DNA of 54,872 nucleotides from a virus (Duplodnaviria; Caudoviricetes), in IMG/VR virus record IMGVR_UViG_3300017971_000334, positions 1 to 54,872 of that record; one strand, 5' to 3'. Below the pieces are notes generated by a model. It was not told the origin of the DNA, searched no databases, and saw only the letters and a program-made list of their open reading frames with translations. Of this stretch, positions 8,258-17,713 are shown piece after piece (position 1 is the first letter of the stretch; every line of letters starts with the position of its first letter). The position numbers and the translations under genes are program-made.

Positions 8258-8803
8258 TCATGGGTTTGCCTCGAAAAACGCACGGGCAAAACCTAGAGGC
8301 GTGATGCTCCTTAGTTTTGACCTCTCCGGCCCCGAAGACATCCAATGAATAGGGTTTGGACTTTCCGGTTCCACAGGAGTCGTAACCGGCCTAGTGAAAT
8401 TTCCCCACAGGCAGGTTTTTTTTGTGTACGGGTCTCCGTAATAGTATGGGTGAAAATACATCTCCGGCTTGCCTAGGTAATGCACCAGTCTGCCGACCGG
8501 ATTTTCAAGACACCACCATGCCGGATTACATCGCCATACAATTCTCATACACGCATCCACCACTGACAAACCATCCAGCAAGGCACCCTCCCCCTTTTCT
8601 TTCCACCACCGTGCCCCACTGCCAGCAAAATGAGTACATGGGGGTGCGGCTAGAATCCCGTGAACTTCGTCAGGAGGCATATACAACCTGACATCCTGCT
8701 CCGGCATCGTAATTACCCGCACGTCGTACCCGGCCTCCCAGTAGGGCCGGCTCCACGAGCCCGTTCCCCCACATAAGTCCAGTATAACCTTGTCTCGATT
8801 CAT
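8258..8803 (-). CDS. short phage DNA (cytosine-5) methyltransferase
   Basis: Motif I LDLCGGTG, catalytic AAPPC, motif VI ENPVG, C-terminal RSITPLGFA. Confidence 0.85.
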   Translation of the reverse strand: MNRDKVILDLCGGTGSWSRPYWEAGYDVRVITMPEQDVRLYMPPDEVHGILAAPPCTHFAGSGARWWKEKGEGALLDGLSVVDACMRIVWRCNPAWWCLENPVGRLVHYLGKPEMYFHPYYYGDPYTKKTCLWGNFTRPVTTPVEPESPNPIHWMSSGPERSKLRSITPLGFARAFFEANP

Positions 8804-8824
8804 ATATTCTCCGGCAGGACACGC

Positions 8825-9001
8825 TCAGCCGCCAGCGTCGGCAGGGTCGTGGTTAGAACCATAAATATCATCCAGCGTTTTCGCCCGACAATTCGGCGAG
8901 AAAAACAGCGTTTCCTTATGTCGGTTGCCGCTTTGCTTTCCCTTGCCCGCCTGGTTCGCATATCCCCCCACCGCCGACCACCGTCGGCAGGTCCATCCCC
9001 G
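8825..9001 (-). pseudogene. probable C-terminal remnant of a phage DNA methylase gene
   Basis: Frame reads GWTCRRWSAVGGYANQ...NRHKETLFFSPNC...stop, resembling the W..GGY...N..E...FSP.C tail I associate with phage DNA adenine methylases; no ATG or RBS and an upstream in-frame TGA. Confidence 0.4.
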
Positions 9002-9035
9002 CAAACGGCGGCAATTCCGCCACGGGGCCAGAACT

Positions 9036-9197
9036 CTATTTACTTGTCATGCCTGCCCGCATCGCTGCGATTGAGCCGCCGCCCAGTAGAATGTACACTT
9101 CGTTCGGCACTTCCAGCACGCCGTTGGTTTGCAGGAGCAACAGCGTGCAGGCGATGGCGACCAGGATATACGTCTTGTATCCGTTCAGAAATTTCAT
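9036..9197 (-). CDS. holin-like small membrane protein (below ORF-track cutoff)
   Basis: MKFLNGYKTYILVAIACTLLLLQTNGVLEVPNEVYILLGGGSIAAMRAGMTSK; two hydrophobic segments, GYKTY motif, AGGAGA RBS. Confidence 0.65.
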   Translation of the reverse strand: MKFLNGYKTYILVAIACTLLLLQTNGVLEVPNEVYILLGGGSIAAMRAGMTSK

Positions 9198-9211
9198 AAG
9201 GTTCTCCTGTA

Positions 9212-9760
9212 TCACGGTGCCACCAGCAGCGGCACCAACTGTACCAGCGCGTTGGCGAAATCAGCCGTAATCTGACCGGCGATACGCCACTGTTCGACTC
9301 TCGCCAATGCCTCTTCCTTCGCCATGCCCTGCAATGACTGTAGGGCGGAGACCAGCGCGGGGGTCAGCTTTTCAATCGAGACGGAGATGTTCGTCTTAAA
9401 GTCTTTCAGTACCAGCATCGGTTCGCCGTCTCCCGGTACCGGCGTGTACTGCACTTCACCAATCTCGGTATCGCCTGGGGAGAACACCTGGAAGGGAATC
9501 GTGGTGTCCCCAAACGGCACCTGCCCGGACATCAAACCGCCGCTGACCGGCGTGTGAAACCAGTTCCCCTCCGTGTCCTGGCTGGCCTGCATCATTCCCA
9601 TTCCGGGCGACGACGCCGTGAGGTTGCCCTCGCTGTCGATAAAGCTGATGGCCGTCGTGTCCGTCACCGCCTTGATCGAACTGGGGGCGAGGGTTCGCTG
9701 GTTCCAAGTTTCACAACCTGCGAGGAGCAGGCCCAACATCACTACCACTACCTTTTTCAT
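9212..9760 (-). CDS. lipoprotein (possible spanin or superinfection-exclusion protein)
   Basis: MKKVVVVMLGLLLAG-C lipobox; hydrophobic C-terminus; adjacent to holin-like gene. Confidence 0.7.
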   Translation of the reverse strand: MKKVVVVMLGLLLAGCETWNQRTLAPSSIKAVTDTTAISFIDSEGNLTASSPGMGMMQASQDTEGNWFHTPVSGGLMSGQVPFGDTTIPFQVFSPGDTEIGEVQYTPVPGDGEPMLVLKDFKTNISVSIEKLTPALVSALQSLQGMAKEEALARVEQWRIAGQITADFANALVQLVPLLVAP

Positions 9761-9894
9761 GTCACTACCTTTCCGCCGGTTGTCCGGCAAAGTACGGACC
9801 CGCCCGCGGCTGAACCTTGTCGTGCGATATGAGCCACGGGCTGACGGGTCCGTCTGTAACAATTCCTGATGTCACGACAAAGTTCCATACCGCA

Positions 9895-9923
9895 AGCCTA
9901 CCCCACGACCGCCCGTTTGTCAA
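9895..9923 (-). promoter_or_regulatory. leftward sigma70-like promoter
   Basis: TTGACA (9923-9918), 17 bp, TAGGCT (9900-9895). Confidence 0.65.
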
Positions 9924-9954
9924 GTCCGAAAAAAATAAAACCCTTCCGGGGTCC

Positions 9955-9983
9955 TTGACCGGGCGGGGAATATGTGGTATGCT
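9955..9983 (+). promoter_or_regulatory. rightward sigma70-like promoter of the virion operon
   Basis: TTGACC (9955-9960), 17 bp, extended -10 TGG-TATGCT (9978-9983); ATG at 9991 lies about at +1, so possibly leaderless. Confidence 0.7.
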
Positions 9984-9990
9984 GAAGTGT

Positions 9991-10554
9991 ATGGGTAACG
10001 AGAAAATGCCGTTTCAGAGCAACGAGGACTTCCTGCGGGGCTTGACGCGCAAGTCAGGGGCGGCGAACTCCCTCGCGTACCTGTTGCGGTTCGTGGATGC
10101 GAGCAGCCTGGGAGAGCTGTTGGAGAGGAAGGGATACGACGCCCAAGAGCACGTCGAGACGCTGGTGGACCTGATCCGTAATGCCGAGAAGGACGGGGAC
10201 CAGCTCCGGGCGCACCACGAGTTGAGCCGGGTGATCGAGTCGAGCGTACAGGCCGCCGTGCTGAAACCGTCGGTGGCCCCCCTCGATGAGCGGATGAGGG
10301 TGATTTCCGGGGAGTGCCGGGAGTTGCCGGAGGGGAAAGGAGAGGGGGCGTTGGAGGAATTTCTAAACCAGGTCGTAACCGAAACACTTGAGACAAGGAG
10401 ACCACAAGATGCCGAATCCCGAAGCCACGATGCCGTCTACGCCACCGGAGGAGAACGAGCCTCCGAGGGCACAAGCCACCGACCCCCTCATGACACCGGC
10501 TGCGCCGACGGGGGCATCAGCGCAATCAGGGACCCCGGAAGGGTCAAAGAATGA
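9991..10554 (+). CDS. putative terminase small subunit
   Basis: Helical protein, first gene of the operon upstream of TerL; assignment by position only. Confidence 0.5.
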   Translation: MGNEKMPFQSNEDFLRGLTRKSGAANSLAYLLRFVDASSLGELLERKGYDAQEHVETLVDLIRNAEKDGDQLRAHHELSRVIESSVQAAVLKPSVAPLDERMRVISGECRELPEGKGEGALEEFLNQVVTETLETRRPQDAESRSHDAVYATGGERASEGTSHRPPHDTGCADGGISAIRDPGRVKE

Positions 10555-10879
10555 ACCGACCGGTCGGTTTCGGTTTACCAAGGAAGAGGTGAACCGGATG
10601 CGGGAGTACGCCGTGCCGGAGTTCGTGAGCCGATACCTCAATGCGGCGTTCGGGTCGGGCGTTCTGCCCAATCCGCTGTCGTGGCGGAATAAGGGGGAGT
10701 CGTGTTACCTGGGGGTGTACGAGCGGGTGGTGCGCAAGTTGCGCAACCGGCAGTGGGTTCATGGCAAGGCGGCGATGGTCACCCGGCTGTTCCCCGACTA
10801 CGCGGCCACGCCGGGGACGTGCGTGGGCATACTGGCGGTGGCGGCCTGTCTGGAGATCCTCAACGGTGAAACTGTTTAA
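10409..10879 (+). CDS. hypothetical protein overlapping the previous gene
   Basis: AAGGAGA RBS before ATG 10409 (MPNPEAT); alternative start at 10598. Confidence 0.55.
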   Translation: MPNPEATMPSTPPEENEPPRAQATDPLMTPAAPTGASAQSGTPEGSKNEPTGRFRFTKEEVNRMREYAVPEFVSRYLNAAFGSGVLPNPLSWRNKGESCYLGVYERVVRKLRNRQWVHGKAAMVTRLFPDYAATPGTCVGILAVAACLEILNGETV

Positions 10880-12779
10880 TCCACTGCCGCCCGATTATGC
10901 GAGCCTGACCAATGAGGGGAAGCGGTTGGCGCGGTTGCGGGTCGTGACCGATCACTCGACGCCGGAGAAGTTTGCGGTGGCGGCGCACTTTTTCAGCGAG
11001 TGGTATCTGAGGCCGGAGGGTCATCCGGCGTTCTACAAGCGATTTCTGAGCAGTCCCCCGTTTCATCACCAGATGGCGTTCGATATGGCGAAGTACCGGC
11101 GGAACATGCTGGGCGCGCCGCGGGGCGGGGCCAAGAGCACGAAGGCGGCGATCTCTATCCCTCTTATGATGCTGTGTACGGCGACGGGGTTCGAGATTGC
11201 CCTGTGCTGGGCGACCGACCGGATGGTGGAGGCGCGGTTCGACCGGATGATGGAGCAGTTGGAGGGGAATCGGTACCTGATCGAGGATTTCGGGGAACTC
11301 AAGCCCAACAAAGGCTCCGGTGTGTGGAACCGGCACTACCTCCGGCTGCGGAACGGGGCGCGGGCCGAGGGGTTCAGCGTGGATGGCAGGAAGCGGGGAG
11401 CGAGGCCGGACCTGTTCATACTGGACGACCCGGAATATGACCCCGATACGGAGGCGATGAGCGTTAAGTTGAGGGAGCAGTTGGAGCGGCTGATGTTCCG
11501 AATTGTGCTGCCCATGCTGGACGAGGGGACGGCGATTTTCTGGGTCGGGACGATTATCGACCGGCGGAGTTTCCTGTACTATGCGTTGGAGGGGCAGGAC
11601 AAGCGGTTTGAGCGGTGGAACCGGCGGATACTGGCGGCGGGGGAGCCGACATGCGATTTGATGGAGATATTCGAGGAGAGCAACGAGAACGACGGAAAGG
11701 CGTTCCGCAGGTTGATCTGGCCCGCCAAGTGGTCGTCGCAGGCCCTGTGCGCCAAGGTGAGGGAGCTGGGGCCGAGTGCCTTCAGTGCGGAGTATCTGAA
11801 CAAGCCGGTGTCGGAGCAGGCGCGGTTGCTGTACGTGGAGCCGAGGCGGAACCGGTACCACGTTCGGGGGCAGGTGCCGGGCAGACCACTGGATGCGTGC
11901 GAGGCCGAGATACAATACTGGATGAAGGATACGGAGACGAATGAGTACGAGAAGAGATACCGAGCGTGGGGCGACTGGATCATGTCCCTGTACCGGGTAC
12001 TGTTCATTGACTACTGTTACGAACCGGGGCCCCATTCGGATTACTCGTTCGTGGCTGTGGCTGGATTTGATGAGCAGGACGTGGCGTGGGGTCTGGACTG
12101 CTGGGGTGGTAAGCTCACGGGTAATGCACTCAATAACGAGATCATCCGGCTGGGGAGTAAGTGGCAGGCTCACATCGTGTGTCCTGAAGCCGTATCCTTG
12201 CAGAAGCTACTGGTGGAGCAGACGACCCAGCAAGTGCACGAGAAAGGGGAGAGGGTGGGCTGGAAACCCAAGGACGGCGTACATCCGCCCGAATACCCGC
12301 GGAATACGCCCAAGGGTAATCGCATCGCGGATGCGCTCGAATGGAGACTGCTGCGAGGCCGAATGAAGTTTCCGGCGGATGTGACGGGGCAGGCGTGCTG
12401 GGGGACGGACAGCCAGTATGCGTTCCACATGACCGAACAGCAGTTGTCCGATTTTACGATACGGCTGGACCTGCTGCCGGTAGACGATGCGGTGGATACG
12501 TGGGCGATGATGGGGTACGTGCCGCACCTGAGGGGGGTGGCGAAGAAAGCGGAACCGAGGGCGGATTCAACGGTGGGGTGGATGCAGGAGGGGCGAATCG
12601 TGCACCCGGATACGGGGATGCCGCTGATTAGTGGGATGAACGCGAGCGAAATTCCACAGGATGTACTTGACCGATGGAGCGGATTTCAGTATAATGGGAT
12701 CCGCCTGAACCGACGGGTGCGGTCTAAGATGGAGACCCGTTTCGACGAGCGGAGACCAACAAGGAGACTGAGGCTATGA
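10866..12779 (+). CDS. terL: terminase large subunit
   Basis: Walker A APRGGAKST, RGARPDLFILDDPE Walker B, VGT coupling motif, FSAEYLNKP, nuclease acidic motifs FID, SDYS, DDAVD; GTG start at 10866 after GGAG. Confidence 0.9.
   Translation: MKLFNPLPPDYASLTNEGKRLARLRVVTDHSTPEKFAVAAHFFSEWYLRPEGHPAFYKRFLSSPPFHHQMAFDMAKYRRNMLGAPRGGAKSTKAAISIPLMMLCTATGFEIALCWATDRMVEARFDRMMEQLEGNRYLIEDFGELKPNKGSGVWNRHYLRLRNGARAEGFSVDGRKRGARPDLFILDDPEYDPDTEAMSVKLREQLERLMFRIVLPMLDEGTAIFWVGTIIDRRSFLYYALEGQDKRFERWNRRILAAGEPTCDLMEIFEESNENDGKAFRRLIWPAKWSSQALCAKVRELGPSAFSAEYLNKPVSEQARLLYVEPRRNRYHVRGQVPGRPLDACEAEIQYWMKDTETNEYEKRYRAWGDWIMSLYRVLFIDYCYEPGPHSDYSFVAVAGFDEQDVAWGLDCWGGKLTGNALNNEIIRLGSKWQAHIVCPEAVSLQKLLVEQTTQQVHEKGERVGWKPKDGVHPPEYPRNTPKGNRIADALEWRLLRGRMKFPADVTGQACWGTDSQYAFHMTEQQLSDFTIRLDLLPVDDAVDTWAMMGYVPHLRGVAKKAEPRADSTVGWMQEGRIVHPDTGMPLISGMNASEIPQDVLDRWSGFQYNGIRLNRRVRSKMETRFDERRPTRRLRL
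12667..12695 (+). promoter_or_regulatory. internal sigma70-like promoter in the 3' end of terL
   Basis: TTGACC (12667-12672), 17 bp, TATAAT (12690-12695). Confidence 0.7.
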
Positions 12780-13081
12780 ACGATGCCACGATTGTACTGA
12801 TGGTGCTGACGGGGGTGAGCTGGCTGGTCGGGTTGGGGATCATTGCTACGCTGGCCAAGGCGTTAAGGGGGACTCAACAGAAACTGACGGAGGTGGTGGG
12901 GATTCTGTCGCCCCGGAGGTCGCCCACTTTTTTTTGCCCCCCTGACAAACCGACCGGTCGGTCCGGTGGGATCGCCGAGGAGTTGCGGGAGATGGATAAG
13001 CCGAAAGAAGGGGAGCGGGAGCGGATTACGCACGGGTTGGGGATGGCGGGGATAGGAGGCAGAGATGGCGGGACGGTATGA
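12776..13081 (+). CDS. small protein with N-terminal transmembrane helix
   Basis: Hydrophobic residues 5-27; ATGA coupling to terL. Confidence 0.65.
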   Translation: MNDATIVLMVLTGVSWLVGLGIIATLAKALRGTQQKLTEVVGILSPRRSPTFFCPPDKPTGRSGGIAEELREMDKPKEGERERITHGLGMAGIGGRDGGTV

Positions 13082-15050
13082 GTTACCCAAAAAGAAGAAG
13101 GAACTGTCGGCGGTAGCGACGAACATGATCGGGGAGATGGACCTGTACCGGAACAAGGAGCGGGTCCGGTGGCTGTTGTGTATCCTGTATTTACAGGGGA
13201 ACCGGAATTTTCACACGCTGGACTGGTTGACGGGAACGGTAACAACGGAGTATCGGACCGAGTTCTACAGCGATATGGACTTCAAGTACGAGGGCCTGCT
13301 GCGAAACTTCCAGTCCGAGCTGGGACGACTCATGCAGATGGACCTGCGCCCCAGCGTTTCCCGCAGGGGAGAGGGCCTCGACGGTCTCCGGAAGGCGTCT
13401 ACGGCGCAGGTGGTTCTAGACGACCAGGTTCCACCGAAACGAGCGCAACGGCTCAAGGAACTGATCCTGCCCCTGTACCTCAAGACGGGATGCGTGGGCG
13501 TGGGGGCGTTCCGGGGAGCCAAGGACGAGGATGCGTACCTGGAGATTATTCCGCCGTGGGAGCTGGGCAGTGGCCCGGCGGACCCGGTGGAACCGGGGGA
13601 CGTAGAGGTGACGATACGAGACCGGTGGGCGACGACCGACTGGTTGAAGGCAAGGGGGCTGCTGGGAGACGTGTCCGAGAAGGCCGGAGAGCTGGACGTG
13701 GTGGACTCGCCGATGGGTGCGTCGCCGGACAAGGGAGGCGTGTTGCGGGCGGGAGCGGGCAGCGTGGGGACGAGGAACGCGGCGGCGGTGGAGGTTACAC
13801 CGACGAAGAAGTGGGTCCGGTTTGCCGAGCTGTACCAGTGGGGTCCGAGCGAGACCCTCAAGCGGCACGTGGCGATGGGGGGTCGCAAGGTACTCAGGGA
13901 TAACGACTATTCGGCGGACCGGATACCGATGCCGATACGGACGGCGCGGTACCTGCCGACGGGGGGGTTTTACGGACGGGGATTCGTGGAGCAGTTGGTC
14001 AGCCTCAACCAAGAGGCGGAGTACATGATGGACCAACTGTTTCGGAACGTGGAGAATTTCGATATGTACGGGTACCTGTGCGTGAGTACCCGGATGGGGC
14101 TGAGCGCCGAGCAGATCAAGACGGCGCGGAGGGAGGACAAGGTACTGCTGTACGAGCCGGACGTATACGATCCGGGATCGAAGCCGTTGATGCTGACGCC
14201 GCCCAGCAACAGCGGGAAAGCACCGCTGGATATTGTGCAGATGTGCCTGGGCCTGATGGAGAACCAGGCGAGCCAGTCCGACCTCTTGAAGGGCGATGCA
14301 CCCGGACGGGTGGACAATGCCAAGGCCCTGAACTTCCTGTACGAGACCAGTAATATACCGATGACCAGTCCCACCGAGTCGTTGGCGGCGGCGGTGTCGG
14401 GGGCGTATGATGCGCTGTTGTGGCTGTTGCGGGATTCGTGGCCGGAGAGGCGGCATGTGCCGATGAGCCTCAACGATGATGCGCTGGTGGGGATACAGTA
14501 CGACTCGAACCAGGGGGAGGTGGAGTTGGAGCGGCAGGCGATACCCAGTCCGCACGAGGTGGAGGTCAGCGTGGCCAGCAAGGTTCCGAGGAGTACGGCG
14601 CAGCGGAAGGCCGAGTTGCAGGAAGCCCTGATGACGCAGGTGATTACGCCGAGGGAGTATCGGTGGAAGGCACGGGTGGAGGGGCTGGATCTGCCGGTGG
14701 GGAACGAGAGGGAGTGGCAGAACTACCGGAAGGCCAAGCTGGAGAACATCGTGATGTTCGGGGATGGACAGACCAGCGGCCAATTCACGAATACGAACGA
14801 CAGGGAGGGGGCACCCTACAGCGATTACGATATGCACGATGTCCATATCGAGGTGCACCATGCGTTTATTGCGAGGCCGGAGTTTTACCTGGCCAGCGAC
14901 TCGGTGCGGATGGCGATCATTCAGCACGTGCAGATGCACGAGGACGCGATGGGGATGATGCCCAAAGGGATGCCCTACCCGGAAGAGGAAGCAATGAATA
15001 ACGCCCTGCAAATGCAGGCGATGCAGCAAGCACCCCCGATGGCGGGGTGA
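13065..15050 (+). CDS. portal protein
   Basis: 661 aa between terL and scaffold; FYGRGFVEQLVSLNQE, GDAPGRVDNAKAL and D.H..HI..H motifs and a Gln/Met-rich tail typical of podovirus-type portals. Confidence 0.8.
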   Translation: MAGRYELPKKKKELSAVATNMIGEMDLYRNKERVRWLLCILYLQGNRNFHTLDWLTGTVTTEYRTEFYSDMDFKYEGLLRNFQSELGRLMQMDLRPSVSRRGEGLDGLRKASTAQVVLDDQVPPKRAQRLKELILPLYLKTGCVGVGAFRGAKDEDAYLEIIPPWELGSGPADPVEPGDVEVTIRDRWATTDWLKARGLLGDVSEKAGELDVVDSPMGASPDKGGVLRAGAGSVGTRNAAAVEVTPTKKWVRFAELYQWGPSETLKRHVAMGGRKVLRDNDYSADRIPMPIRTARYLPTGGFYGRGFVEQLVSLNQEAEYMMDQLFRNVENFDMYGYLCVSTRMGLSAEQIKTARREDKVLLYEPDVYDPGSKPLMLTPPSNSGKAPLDIVQMCLGLMENQASQSDLLKGDAPGRVDNAKALNFLYETSNIPMTSPTESLAAAVSGAYDALLWLLRDSWPERRHVPMSLNDDALVGIQYDSNQGEVELERQAIPSPHEVEVSVASKVPRSTAQRKAELQEALMTQVITPREYRWKARVEGLDLPVGNEREWQNYRKAKLENIVMFGDGQTSGQFTNTNDREGAPYSDYDMHDVHIEVHHAFIARPEFYLASDSVRMAIIQHVQMHEDAMGMMPKGMPYPEEEAMNNALQMQAMQQAPPMAG

Positions 15051-15082
15051 TAAGCCACAACCAACGAGATAGGAGACGAATC

Positions 15083-16027
15083 ATGCCGGAAGACGAACCG
15101 AAAGACACGCCGAAAGACGAACCGAAAGACACCCCTGAAGGGACCCCGGAAGGGTTGCCGGAGGGCGTGGGGGGCCAGAAGGTCGAGGTGAAGGTCAACG
15201 GGGAGACAAAGACCTTGACGTATGACCAGTTACAGAAGCAGCTAGACGGGTACAAGAAGGAGTATGCCCACTACGGGGGGGCGGCACAGGCGATGGATGC
15301 CGCGAAGAAGATGGAGAAAGAGGCCAAAGAGAGTATGGAGAAGGCCCAACGGGGCTTGCGGATTGGAGAGTTGATCGAGAAGATACAGGGGGGCAACGCG
15401 GGGGTGGAGGATATTAACGAGTACTGCGAGACTTTTGGCCTGTCCGAGGAGCAACGAAACGAGATGTTGTACGGAACCAACGGAGATGACGGCAAGTCGA
15501 GCGGGAAGGACGATCTCATCACGGAGGACCGGCTGGACCCGTCGTTGCGGCAGAAACTGGAACGATTGGACACGATTGAGCAGAAAGAGGGGGAGGCGGA
15601 ATTTCAGGAATACGTGAAAGATTCCCTTGACAAGGTTGAGGGATATGGTAAGATAGTGAAGAGTTTGACCGACCGTGGTGTCGAAAAGAAAGACATCCAG
15701 GAGGTCAAAGACGGGCTGACCGATACGATCAGGAGTATTACGATACTCCGGATGCAGCAGGGTAAGAAGTATGGACCCGAACTGGTGCGCGGCGCCGCTG
15801 AGACGGCTGTCGAACGCATCCTGAAAATCGGCATCCAGACGCCCAAGCCGATAATTCCGGTGACTCCGGGACTCGGCGGCGGCGAGATGGCTTCGTTGAG
15901 TGCTGCGTTCCAAGAGGGATCTGAGCCCAAGCGAAAGCCCAGTGGCGACGACAACGAGGACGAGTACATAGACAACGTGAGCAAGCGGTTCTTTTACCGC
16001 TTGGGCAAGGCGATGCGTCGTTCCTAG
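15083..16027 (+). CDS. capsid scaffolding protein
   Basis: Acidic Pro-rich N-terminus, VKVNGETKTLTYDQL motif, coiled coil; between portal and capsid. Confidence 0.75.
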   Translation: MPEDEPKDTPKDEPKDTPEGTPEGLPEGVGGQKVEVKVNGETKTLTYDQLQKQLDGYKKEYAHYGGAAQAMDAAKKMEKEAKESMEKAQRGLRIGELIEKIQGGNAGVEDINEYCETFGLSEEQRNEMLYGTNGDDGKSSGKDDLITEDRLDPSLRQKLERLDTIEQKEGEAEFQEYVKDSLDKVEGYGKIVKSLTDRGVEKKDIQEVKDGLTDTIRSITILRMQQGKKYGPELVRGAAETAVERILKIGIQTPKPIIPVTPGLGGGEMASLSAAFQEGSEPKRKPSGDDNEDEYIDNVSKRFFYRLGKAMRRS

Positions 16028-16141
16028 TATAGTCTCCACTCAAGGCTCTCACCGGCGACTCCGAAACGGTAGTCAGCAGAACAAATGTTGACAGACCTGT
16101 TCGGTACGACGGACAGAGTATAACTTGAGAGGAGACGAATC

Positions 16142-17653
16142 ATGTCTGCTTCAACCATTATGGATACCCTGGACTCCATGATCCGTGAGGAATTACCCGC
16201 ACTGCTGATGGAGTCCTTGCCGGGTACCGACCCTGTTTATACCGGAATGGTGCGGACCAACCAAGATGTCACCCGTGACGGGATTGGACGGGGTTGGAAA
16301 ATCCGGCACCGTTTCGCTACCAGTGTATCCGGCTTGTACGAGGCTCGACCGGAAACGGGCGGTACACCGTACACCACTTCCACGCAGTCGCTGTTCTACA
16401 ACGCCCTGCAATCCTTCCCCAACCCCACCGAGACGCCCCACGTGGGCAACCTGGTCCGGTCGGTGACGATGAACTGTCACCACGGGAACTTCGGGGTTCC
16501 GACATACGCGCTGAAGGCCGAGTCCCTCCCGGCGTCGGTGGTGAAGGACATCATGCGGGACCTGAAGGGCCTCGCCGAAATGCGGTCCCAGTTGGAGGCC
16601 GTCAGTTTCTATTCTTCGAGCGACAAGCACATCGGTACGTTGTCGGCCAGCGGCGGTTCCTATACGGGAACGACCCACTGTACGTTCACGCCGGGATCCT
16701 CGCAGGCCCGGTGGTTCGTCAACGGGATGCTGCTGGACTTCTACGACGATGCCGACTGCTCGAACAAGATCAACGTCCTGACGGGCGGATCAACCGATGT
16801 GCGGATTGCCGTGGACGGCGTGGACTACCTGGCGGGCACCGTAACGGTGTGCTCGGTAGAGGGTACCGACATCAGCGGTACGGCGCTGTACAATACCGGG
16901 GCGCTGGATTCCCAGACTGCGTACATCTTCCCACGGGGGGCATATCAGTCCTCCGCGGTGTACCGGACCGGGCACTACGGGCTGGAGGACTGGATTAAGG
17001 AATCCGGCACGTTGTTCGGGGACGCCACGGCGTGGACCCGAACGGGCAACGACAGCACGGCGGCGTTCAGTTTGTCCAGTTACCCGCAGTTCAAGAGCCT
17101 GCTGACCACGGTGAGCGGGCCGCTGACGGAATCGGTCCTGAACAACGCGATTGGGAAGCTGTACAATGCGTATGGGATCTCGCTTGACACGATGCTGACC
17201 ACGGACGCCGTTATCCGCAAGCATCTGGAACAGCCGCACCTCGGTGCCGGTCGGATGAACTACGACCGGGACGGCAAGGCGCTGACGTTGAAAAGCGGTT
17301 GGGCCTCCGTATCACACTCCTACCAGGGACGCGAGGTGGACATCAAGATTTCCCCCTTCTGCGCCCCACAGACGTTATGGGGTCTGAAGATGAAGAACGG
17401 CAACCTGAAGCGGTACGTACCGCCCCGCAGTATGGCGATGGGCGGCATCGGCGCTCCGGGCACGGGCATCGACCTCGGCGACGAGATCGAGTTCATCGCA
17501 CCGATGGGCGGAACCAGCGGCATCTTTAAGGCCGTGCACGACAGCAACGGACGGACGACCGCGATGGTCGAAGCACCGTTCCAGCAGTATAGTCAGGTAC
17601 TGCCGGTGGACGTGCGGGGCCTGAAGCTGAGCAGCCTGACGGAAGCCAGTTAA
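16142..17653 (+). CDS. major capsid protein
   Basis: 503 aa directly after the scaffold, GAGGAG RBS; GLEDWI and YPQFKS...GPLTE segments resemble HK97-fold capsids. Confidence 0.75.
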   Translation: MSASTIMDTLDSMIREELPALLMESLPGTDPVYTGMVRTNQDVTRDGIGRGWKIRHRFATSVSGLYEARPETGGTPYTTSTQSLFYNALQSFPNPTETPHVGNLVRSVTMNCHHGNFGVPTYALKAESLPASVVKDIMRDLKGLAEMRSQLEAVSFYSSSDKHIGTLSASGGSYTGTTHCTFTPGSSQARWFVNGMLLDFYDDADCSNKINVLTGGSTDVRIAVDGVDYLAGTVTVCSVEGTDISGTALYNTGALDSQTAYIFPRGAYQSSAVYRTGHYGLEDWIKESGTLFGDATAWTRTGNDSTAAFSLSSYPQFKSLLTTVSGPLTESVLNNAIGKLYNAYGISLDTMLTTDAVIRKHLEQPHLGAGRMNYDRDGKALTLKSGWASVSHSYQGREVDIKISPFCAPQTLWGLKMKNGNLKRYVPPRSMAMGGIGAPGTGIDLGDEIEFIAPMGGTSGIFKAVHDSNGRTTAMVEAPFQQYSQVLPVDVRGLKLSSLTEAS

Positions 17654-17713
17654 CGAACGGGGGCCTCGGCGGGTTTTAACCCTTCCGGGGTCCTAGATAG
17701 GAGATAGAGTATC

